Origin: Selenomonadaceae bacterium
GTDB taxonomy: Bacteria; Bacillota; Negativicutes; Selenomonadales; Selenomonadaceae
NCBI GenBank assembly: GCA_963678095.2
Contig: CAXXXP010000001.1
Location: forward strand, 301,525 to 365,524
DNA length: 64,000 bases
Direction: 5' to 3'
The position numbers and the translations under genes are program-made. Below the pieces are notes generated by a model. That model saw only the letters and a program-made list of their open reading frames with translations, was not told the DNA's origin and did no database searches. This document shows, piece after piece, positions 57,664-64,000 of the stretch (position 1 is its first letter; each line of letters opens with the position of its first letter).

Positions 57664-58695
57664 ATGGCATATTATATAGAAGGAAACGTGAAAAATGTGT
57701 TGGAATTGATAAATCTCTCAAATTATCCGACGGACAATGACGGGCTGATCCATAATTCTCCGAAGTCTTTGGCCGCCTTGTTGAAGAAGTTTGATCTCGA
57801 CGGAATTGAATTGATGCTCTGCCAGCCTTGGGACTCGCAGTTGCACCGAGGCGAATGGGTAAAGGGCATTCATCTGCGTTTTTGGCCCGATTGGCTTGAT
57901 TTTTACTGTGGCAATAAGCCTGCCGTGGAAAAGTTCATCGGGGACAAGGCGGCTGTAAAAGCGTATTATGGGGCCGTGCTGCCAGCTGACTGGATCCGGC
58001 TTTACCGGGAAAACATACGTGCAGCTGTCTCGACGCCGGCAGAGTACATGGTCTTTCATATCGCCAATGCACATGCTGAAGAGAGCTATTGCTATCGCTT
58101 TGAACATTCATCAGAGCAGGTAGTAAAATCAGCCGTGGCTTTGATCAATTCGCTGACGCAAGAAGTTCCGGCTGATACTTGTCTGCTGTTTGAAAATCTT
58201 TGGTGGCCGGGCCTGACTTTCTTGTCATCAGCGGCAGTTTCCTATATCGTGGAACATGTCGAGCATAAAAATATCGGTTTTATGCTCGATACGGGCCATT
58301 TGATGAATACAAACCGCAGCCTTGAGACACAGGTTCAGGCGGCAAGGTATGTCGAGCAGGTGATGGATAATCTAGGTTCGCTTAAACAGTATATCCGGGG
58401 TATACATTTGCATCAGTCTCTTTCTGGTACCTATGTGAAAAACATAATAGGCCGGGAGCATAGGCCATGTTTTGCTAAACCGGAGTTGATGAATCATATA
58501 TTGAATATCGATCAGCACCAGCCCTTTACAGAGAGTATTGTTCGTGATTTGGTGGCAAGTGTTGACCCGGAGTATCTGGTACATGAGTTCATCCAGTATT
58601 CAAGAGCGGACTGGGAACGGAAACTTGCCGTGCAGAAAAAGGCTTTAACAGGGCGCGTGTATGATCAGGTTGACAATGTAAATCATTGGTGCTAA
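57664..58695 (+). CDS. xylose-isomerase-like TIM-barrel protein (sugar-phosphate isomerase/epimerase superfamily), function unknown
   Basis: A spaced H/E/D/H pattern (VFHIAN, FENLWWP, LDTGHL, IHLHQ) typical of the AP_endonuc_2 fold. The assignment is by motif only. Confidence 0.5.
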   Translation: MAYYIEGNVKNVLELINLSNYPTDNDGLIHNSPKSLAALLKKFDLDGIELMLCQPWDSQLHRGEWVKGIHLRFWPDWLDFYCGNKPAVEKFIGDKAAVKAYYGAVLPADWIRLYRENIRAAVSTPAEYMVFHIANAHAEESYCYRFEHSSEQVVKSAVALINSLTQEVPADTCLLFENLWWPGLTFLSSAAVSYIVEHVEHKNIGFMLDTGHLMNTNRSLETQVQAARYVEQVMDNLGSLKQYIRGIHLHQSLSGTYVKNIIGREHRPCFAKPELMNHILNIDQHQPFTESIVRDLVASVDPEYLVHEFIQYSRADWERKLAVQKKALTGRVYDQVDNVNHWC

Positions 58696-58735
58696 GATGG
58701 ACAAGGATTTTGGTTAAGAAAAATTTCATAACAAC

Positions 58736-58934
58736 AGGATCAGGTGTCTTAGGACTTAATAGGGAAGTTTGGTGCAATGCCAACGCGGTCCCGCCACTGT
58801 AACAGCGAGCGAATTCATATTTATGTCACTGAAGCGATATGCTTTGGGAAGGCTTGAATGAGCGATGAACTGGAGCCAGGAGAACTGCCTGATCAGCAAT
58901 CACCGTCAGACCTGCGAGCGATAGGAAGGGGATT
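58736..58934 (+). promoter_or_regulatory. cobalamin riboswitch (copy e), 40 nt after the preceding gene
   Basis: Same GGTCCCGCCACTGTAA and GGAGCCAGGAGAACTGCC cores. Confidence 0.85.
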
Positions 58935-58955
58935 ATGTTCATTTTAAAAATTTTC

Positions 58956-58999
58956 AGATGAGCCTTCTCTTTATGTTGCAGAGGGCTCATCTTTTTATT
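58956..58999 (+). terminator. terminator of riboswitch e expression platform
   Basis: The hairpin agatgagcc...ggctcatct is followed by T5. Confidence 0.65.
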
Positions 59000-59025
59000 T
59001 TATATTTTACTTAGGGGGAAAAATC

Positions 59026-60060
59026 ATGAAGAAAAATTGGAAAAAAATGCTTATTACATCGATGGCCTGTGCCGCTTTTATCAGTGGAAGTTCCGTTACC
59101 AGCTACGCGGCCTATCAGCTGAATCCGGAAGTCAAAGATGCTACACCGGCTTTGCGGCAAGCGGCAGAAATTGGAGTCCGGGTCGCAGAAAATGCGGAAA
59201 TGAAGGATGCGGAAAATAAAGATGCCATTGTCGTCATGAGTTTTGGGACGACGTATGCTGAATCGCGCAAAGCCACGATTGAAAAAACGGTAGAGGAAAT
59301 TCAGGCAGCTCATCCGGGAACAAAGGTTGTCCTGGCGTTTACTTCACATATCATTGTTGACCGCATCCAGAAAAATGAAGGCATTAAAATTCCGACACCG
59401 GAAGAAGCCTTAGCCCAGCTTAAGGAAGAAGGGTATACCAGGGTAGCACTTACTTCGCTGGACCTGATTCCGGGAATGGAGTATGCATATGACAGTGCGA
59501 TCTTTGATACGTATAAAGGACAGTTTAAAAAAATGACACTGGGGACTTCTCTGATGTATTGGATGGGCCAGGAAGGCCAGCGTGATGACGTAAAAGAAGC
59601 CCTGTCCGCGATCCGGACAGAATTCCCTAAAACAGGGAAAAAAGATGCTGTATTATTGATGAATCATGGAACACCACATCCGGCCAATGCCTATTATGCT
59701 GTTATACAGGATCGTCTGCAGGAAATGGGCCTGGATAATGTCTTGATTTATACGGTCGAAGGGACGCCAAGTCTTGAAAATGTTATGACGAAGCTCAAAG
59801 AAAAAGGCATCAAAAATGTTACCTTGATTCCGATGATGATGGTTGCCGGAGATCATGCCAACAACGATATGGCGGGAGCTGAACCGGAATCTCATAAATC
59901 GATATTGGAGAAAGACGGATTTCATGTATCGACCTATATTCACGGACTGGGTGAAAATGAACAGGTTCGCAAACTGTTTGTTGACCGGGCCAATGAATCC
60001 TGGGATGCGCTGGAACGTGAAAGTGTAAAGCCGGCAGCACACCATATGATGAAAAAATAA
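59026..60060 (+). CDS. cbiK: exported CbiK-type (class II) chelatase-fold protein
   Basis: Signal peptide (MKKNWKKMLITSMACAAFISGSSVTSYA) followed by CbiK homology (MSFGTTY, AFTSHII, LIPGMEY, LMNHGTPH). Confidence 0.78.
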   Translation: MKKNWKKMLITSMACAAFISGSSVTSYAAYQLNPEVKDATPALRQAAEIGVRVAENAEMKDAENKDAIVVMSFGTTYAESRKATIEKTVEEIQAAHPGTKVVLAFTSHIIVDRIQKNEGIKIPTPEEALAQLKEEGYTRVALTSLDLIPGMEYAYDSAIFDTYKGQFKKMTLGTSLMYWMGQEGQRDDVKEALSAIRTEFPKTGKKDAVLLMNHGTPHPANAYYAVIQDRLQEMGLDNVLIYTVEGTPSLENVMTKLKEKGIKNVTLIPMMMVAGDHANNDMAGAEPESHKSILEKDGFHVSTYIHGLGENEQVRKLFVDRANESWDALERESVKPAAHHMMKK

Positions 60061-60067
60061 TTTTACA

Positions 60068-60113
60068 AGAGATCCTGGCTTGCAGCGACAGCTGCGGCGG
60101 GATCTCTTTTTTT
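60068..60113 (+). terminator. intrinsic terminator after cbiK
   Basis: The hairpin agagatcc...ggatctct is followed by T7. Confidence 0.7.
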
Positions 60114-60203
60114 ACGGCAGATTTGGCAGTATATGATATAATAAAGGCATATTTTAGCCGGGCTTTAGAGAGTTTTGCTGCGGCTACGGGGGAGGCTGTA
60201 TTT

Positions 60204-60530
60204 ATGAATCATGAAGAACATGCGCATACAGCGGCTGATGGCACGGTTTATAAGCATGTGCACCATCACTCGCATACACAGACAAAAGCGGTGCTGAACC
60301 GGATGTCGCGACTGATCGGACATATGGAATCCATTAAAAAAATGGTGGAAAGTGATCGTGACTGCAGCGAAGTGCTGGTGCAGCTGTCGGCGGTCCGGGC
60401 GGCGCTGCAGGGGGTAAGCCGGGTGATACTGAAGGATCATATTGAACACTGTATCGTGGATGCGGCTAAAAATGATGATCTGGCCTCCTTGGAAAATCTG
60501 AATCGGGCGATTGATCGGTTTATGAAATAA
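60204..60530 (+). CDS. CsoR/RcnR-family metal-sensing repressor with a His-rich N-terminus
   Basis: DUF156 helix bundle with a C...H-x3-C fingerprint (RDC, DHIEHC). The N-terminal HEEHAHT...HVHHHSH is reminiscent of Ni/Co-sensing members. Confidence 0.8.
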   Translation: MNHEEHAHTAADGTVYKHVHHHSHTQTKAVLNRMSRLIGHMESIKKMVESDRDCSEVLVQLSAVRAALQGVSRVILKDHIEHCIVDAAKNDDLASLENLNRAIDRFMK

Positions 60531-60532
60531 AG

Positions 60533-60595
60533 ACAGGATTCTTCTAGGCGCGGCAGGGGATTGTTTCGTGCGAACAGAAGAATCCTGTTTTTTAT
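60533..60595 (+). terminator. intrinsic terminator after the repressor gene
   Basis: The 13-bp stem acaggattcttct / agaagaatcctgt is followed by T6. Confidence 0.7.
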
Positions 60596-60611
60596 CGGGG
60601 GGATGGGGATA
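60593..60611. promoter_or_regulatory. candidate CsoR/RcnR-type operator TATC-GGGGGG-AT-GGGG-ATA
   Basis: G tracts flanked by an AT-rich inverted TATC/GATA, a pattern described for RcnR/CsoR family sites. It lies between the repressor gene and cbiM. Confidence 0.25.
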
Positions 60612-60754
60612 GGCATGCTTGTTTTGTCTGCCAACATATACCAGAATTAAGCTGAAAAAACAGTTTACAGAGAACCCCCGTCAGGGCTTGAGGACTTTTG
60701 CCGGTGTGATTATAATGAAAGCAGTGAATAAAAGTATAAAAGGAGATGCTGCAT

Positions 60755-61771
60755 ATGCATATGGCAGATGCCCTGATATCCCCGACGGTCGGGATTACCA
60801 TGCTTGCTGTCAGTGGCGGCCTGCTGGGGCTGTCAGTGAAGAAAATACAGCGGGAAATGGATGATAAGATGATTCCGTTGATGGGTGTGATGGGGGCCTT
60901 TGTTTTTGCTGCTCAGATGATTAATTTCACGATCCCGGGGACGGGATCAAGTGGACATATTGGCGGGGGGCTTTTGCTGGCCGCTGTACTTGGCCCATGG
61001 GGAGCTTTTATGGCGATTGCCTCCGTGCTGCTGGTACAGGCGTTGTTTTTTGCTGATGGGGGCTTGCTTGCCTGGGGCTGCAATCTGTTTAACATGGGGT
61101 TTTTTCCCTGTTTTATTGCGTATCCGTTGATTTATCGGTTTTTTGTAAAGGAAAACCCCAGCCGGCGACGGATTTTTTGGGGATCACTACTGGGCGTAGT
61201 CATTGCCCTGCAGCTGGGGGCTTTCAGTGTTGTACTTGAAACCTTGTTTTCAGGTCGAACGGAGCTTTCTTTTGGAACCTTTGTCCTGCTGATGCAGCCG
61301 ATTCATCTGGCAATTGGCATAGTGGAAGGCTTGGTTACGGGGAGCGTGTTGTCCTTTCTACTGGAGGCCGGGCCAGAACTTTTGGCGGTGTCGACAAAGG
61401 AAAGGAAGCAACCGGCCCCAAAAATCCTGCTTGTCCTGGCATTGCTTACGGCCTTTACTGGCGGTATATTGTCACTCTATGCCTCAGAGTATCCCGATGG
61501 CCTTGAATGGTCAATCCAGGGGATTACCGGATCGACAGAACTTGAAGGTGGGGCGGGGCAGCTTGAGCAGCAGCTGGGAGCAATGCAGCAAAAAACAGCA
61601 TTGCTGCCGGACTATTCTTTCCCGCAGGCAGAGGAGAAAGCTGGCGTAGGAACGAGCGTTTCTGGTATTCTTGGTGGCTCGATCACGCTGCTGCTGATTG
61701 CGGCAGCCGGAAAGCTTGCGCTCTATTGGAAAAAACAGTCGCGCAAGGCCGGTTATGGGATGGAAAAATAG
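60755..61771 (+). CDS. cbiM: CbiM/NikM-family ECF substrate-capture component fused to a PDGLE domain
   Basis: N-terminus MHMADALISP (Met-His start typical of CbiM/NikM) with TM helices carrying GSSGHIGGG. The C-terminal extension has EYPDGLEWS between two TM segments. The ATG at 60755 is 9 nt after AAAGGAG. Confidence 0.78.
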   Translation: MHMADALISPTVGITMLAVSGGLLGLSVKKIQREMDDKMIPLMGVMGAFVFAAQMINFTIPGTGSSGHIGGGLLLAAVLGPWGAFMAIASVLLVQALFFADGGLLAWGCNLFNMGFFPCFIAYPLIYRFFVKENPSRRRIFWGSLLGVVIALQLGAFSVVLETLFSGRTELSFGTFVLLMQPIHLAIGIVEGLVTGSVLSFLLEAGPELLAVSTKERKQPAPKILLVLALLTAFTGGILSLYASEYPDGLEWSIQGITGSTELEGGAGQLEQQLGAMQQKTALLPDYSFPQAEEKAGVGTSVSGILGGSITLLLIAAAGKLALYWKKQSRKAGYGMEK

Positions 61772-61818
61772 AGGTTATATAGGGGTCGTCGAAAAAATAA
61801 AATGACTGCATGAAGTTT

Positions 61819-61855
61819 AAACAGAGCAGCCGCTGATAACAGCGGCTGCTCTGTT
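61819..61855. terminator. hairpin/terminator after cbiM
   Basis: aacagagcagccgct-gataac-agcggctgctctgtt with a poor T tract. Confidence 0.5.
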
Positions 61856-61891
61856 CATCTGTATCAGGCTTTATTTAAAACAATCGATAAG

Positions 61892-61930
61892 TTAACGTAA
61901 AATTAACATAGACATAACAAGCTTTCATTG
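61892..61930 (+). promoter_or_regulatory. PhoP-type Pho boxes upstream of pstS
   Basis: TTAACG-N5-TTAACA-N5-ATAACA-N5-TCATTG with exact 11-bp periodicity. The -10 TAGAAT is at 61940-61945. Confidence 0.55.
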
Positions 61931-61985
61931 AAACTGCGTTAGAATAAAAACAGGTTAGAGAATAAAACGCAGGAGGTTTTTGAAC

Positions 61986-62849
61986 ATGATTTCTTGGAAT
62001 AAGACAAAACTTATGGCAGTGGTGGGAACAATGCTGATCGGCTCGATGGTTTTTGCCGGCTGTGGAGGATCGCAGCAGGGGGCAGGCGATGGTAAATCAG
62101 CTGCAATAGAGGGTACCGTCAGTGCATCTGGGTCAACGGCGCTGTTGCCGCTGTTAAAACCGGCACAGGAACAGTTTCAAAATAAGCATGAAAAAGTTAC
62201 GATCAACCTTGCTGGTGGTGGCTCTTTTACGGGGATGAATCAGGTAGCAGAAGGTTCTGTTCAGATCGGTAATTCAGATGTTGTGACCCCGGAGGAACTG
62301 AAGGACAAGGGCTTAGTCGATCATAAGGTTGTAGTAGAACCATTTGTGTTTGTTGTCAATAAGGATGTAAAAGTCAGTAATTTAACAATGGCGCAGATAC
62401 AGGATATTCTCAAGGGGAAAATTACAAACTGGAAGGAAGTTGGCGGAGAGGATCAGGAGATCAGCCTGATTCACCGGGCAAAATCCTCCGGCTCACGGGC
62501 AACGGTAGCGGAAACCGTCCTCAAGGGGGAAGCTTTTACAGATAAGGCTGTAATTCAGGATTCCAATGGAGCCGTGCTCAAAGCGATTGCCAGCACACCG
62601 GGGGCCATTGGTTATGTGGATGCACCGTATGCCAACGATACCATCAAGACGCTTTCACTCGATGGAGTGGCGTATTCAGCGCAGGCTGTAATTGATGGCA
62701 AATATCCGGTGTATTCTTACGGACATATGTACACTAAAGGAGAAGCAACTGGTGCGACCAAAGCCTTTATTGAATATGTGCTCAGTGATGAATTCCAAAA
62801 TTCAGAAGTTGAAAAACTGGGCTTTATCCCGGTCAATAAGATGAAATAA
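61986..62849 (+). CDS. pstS: phosphate ABC transporter substrate-binding lipoprotein
   Basis: Lipobox VFAGC and PstS-family motifs (SGSTALLPL, GGGSFTG, SSGSRAT). Confidence 0.9.
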   Translation: MISWNKTKLMAVVGTMLIGSMVFAGCGGSQQGAGDGKSAAIEGTVSASGSTALLPLLKPAQEQFQNKHEKVTINLAGGGSFTGMNQVAEGSVQIGNSDVVTPEELKDKGLVDHKVVVEPFVFVVNKDVKVSNLTMAQIQDILKGKITNWKEVGGEDQEISLIHRAKSSGSRATVAETVLKGEAFTDKAVIQDSNGAVLKAIASTPGAIGYVDAPYANDTIKTLSLDGVAYSAQAVIDGKYPVYSYGHMYTKGEATGATKAFIEYVLSDEFQNSEVEKLGFIPVNKMK

Positions 62850-62875
62850 ATATGATTTCAGAAGGGGCATCATGT

Positions 62876-63763
62876 ATGAAGACAAGAGATCAAAATCATG
62901 AACAAAAACTGCTCTGTGATCGCTATGTGAAATATTTGTTTATAGCGAGTGCAGCCTTGATGGCCTTACTGATTTTTTCCATTGTGTTTTTTGTTGGCAG
63001 ACAGGGGCTGATGACCTTTACCCAGATAAGCCCGGGCGAGTTCTTCTTTAACGCCAAATGGGATCCGATGGAGAAACAGTTTGGTGCGCTGAGCTTTATT
63101 GCTGGTTCACTTTTCGTAACGGCGACAGCTGTTGCCATCGGGGGCCCGCTGGGGATTTTGGGAGCTGTATTTATGGCGAAAATTGCTCCCCGCTGGGTAA
63201 GGGATATTATGCGACCAGCGGTTGATCTGTATGTAGCAATACCCTCGGTTGTCTACGGCTATGCCGGACTCGTCGTGTTGGTGCCGTTTTTGCGGGAATT
63301 CTTTGATGTACAAACGGGATTTGGCGTGTTGGCTGCGGGATTGGTGCTGGCCATTATGATTTTGCCAACGATCATCAGCATTAGTGATGATGCCCTACGA
63401 GCGGTTCCTAAACCATTAGAGGAGGCATCTCTGGCATTGGGGGCAACCTACTGGCAGACACTGTATCGTGTGCTTGTGCCGGCGGCACTGCCCGGTGTTT
63501 TGACCGCCATTGTCCTCGCCATGGCCAGAGCTATCGGCGAAACCATGGCAGTGCAGATGCTCATTGGTAATACGCCCATGCTGCCAACATCCTTTTTTAC
63601 CCCGACGTCAACGCTGACTAGCAACATCGTCGTGGAAATGGGCAATACACCGTTTGGCTCGGCCTGGGGGAATTCCCTGTTTCTGATGGCCTTGGTTTTG
63701 CTTATTCTGTCCCTGGGGATGATTCTTTTGATTCGGAGAATCGGTGCGCGGAGGTATGCCTGA
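62876..63763 (+). CDS. pstC: phosphate ABC transporter permease PstC
   Basis: Six TM helices and the EAA-like loop (DDALRAVPKPLEEASLALGAT). Confidence 0.9.
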   Translation: MKTRDQNHEQKLLCDRYVKYLFIASAALMALLIFSIVFFVGRQGLMTFTQISPGEFFFNAKWDPMEKQFGALSFIAGSLFVTATAVAIGGPLGILGAVFMAKIAPRWVRDIMRPAVDLYVAIPSVVYGYAGLVVLVPFLREFFDVQTGFGVLAAGLVLAIMILPTIISISDDALRAVPKPLEEASLALGATYWQTLYRVLVPAALPGVLTAIVLAMARAIGETMAVQMLIGNTPMLPTSFFTPTSTLTSNIVVEMGNTPFGSAWGNSLFLMALVLLILSLGMILLIRRIGARRYA

Positions 63764-64000
63764 TGAATACAAAAACACAAAATAAAATCGCCATGAGCAT
63801 TCTTTGGTTTACCGGAATTTTGATTCTTGGCATATTATGCCTTTTCCTTGGATATATTCTCTATAAGGGCATGCCGATATTGTCAGCACAGTTTATCTTT
63901 GGACGCTCAAGTGATATAACTGCCGGCGGCGGGGTTGGATCGCAGCTGTTTAACTCTTTTTACCTGCTGTTTTTATCACTGGTAATATCGGTGCCGATTG
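63763..64000 (+). CDS. pstA: phosphate ABC transporter permease PstA (5' part, truncated by the window end)
   Basis: The ATG overlaps the pstC stop (TGATG). The N-terminal TM segment and the position after pstC both fit PstA. Confidence 0.8.
   Translation, partial: MNTKTQNKIAMSILWFTGILILGILCLFLGYILYKGMPILSAQFIFGRSSDITAGGGVGSQLFNSFYLLFLSLVISVPI

Noticed and set aside
60600-60754. A NiCo or cobalamin riboswitch in front of cbiM.
   Set aside because: The likely promoter (TTGAGG-17-TATAAT, -10 at about 60712) leaves a leader of only about 30 nt. No conserved riboswitch cores are visible.
1-64000. Mobile elements, prophage or defence islands, CRISPR arrays, and rRNA/tRNA genes.
   Set aside because: - Every ORF longer than 100 aa outside shadow frames has a housekeeping, transport or regulatory assignment.
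- No transposase, integrase or Cas-like translations are present.
- No regularly spaced short repeats are present.
- No tRNA-like T-loop motifs were noticed in the intergenic regions.
- This is a by-eye assessment only.

Overview
This 64-kb chromosomal window is almost entirely co-directional on the + strand; only three genes are on the - strand. It appears to come from a diderm Firmicute (Negativicutes / Sporomusaceae-like). The basis is that Firmicute-type regulatory RNAs and operators (glmS ribozyme, Leu and Trp T-boxes, CtsR-like GTCAAA heptads, PhoP-type TTAACA boxes, cdaA-cdaR-glmM, a SpoVB-like flippase) co-occur with two TonB-dependent outer-membrane receptors and an ExbB-ExbD-TonB set.

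Gene content, in order:
- argH (3' part), ilvE
- cdaA-cdaR-(FAD protein)-glmM-[glmS ribozyme]-glmS
- an IMPDH-family gene, hcp, a UDG-family glycosylase (-)
- an OmpR/HK two-component pair, clpB, an acyl-CoA thioesterase
- [Leu T-box]-leuA
- a CheY-CheX fusion plus CheX
- [Trp T-box]-trpDFCBAEG
- [2 cobalamin riboswitches] followed by a 10-gene TonB-receptor / 2x BtuF-like / BtuCD-like / ABC-2 / exbB-exbD-tonB operon
- prfC, a GalT-like HIT protein (-), a spoVB-like gene and a lipid kinase
- pstB-phoU, an orphan PhoR-like kinase (-)
- [2 cobalamin riboswitches]-mutA-mutB-meaB-TonB receptor-TIM-barrel protein-[cobalamin riboswitch]-exported CbiK
- a CsoR/RcnR-family regulator, a CbiM-PDGLE fusion, and pstS-pstC-pstA (3' truncated)

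I saw no transposases, integrases, CRISPR arrays, rRNA or tRNA genes.

The most unusual content is the B12 regulon. Five cobalamin riboswitches lie within 29 kb, as two tandem pairs and one intra-operonic copy. One tandem pair sits in front of the B12-dependent methylmalonyl-CoA mutase operon. The other sits in front of an envelope-spanning uptake operon that also contains an ABC-2 exporter.

All calls rest on reading the sequence and ORF translations by eye. No database search or covariance model was run.
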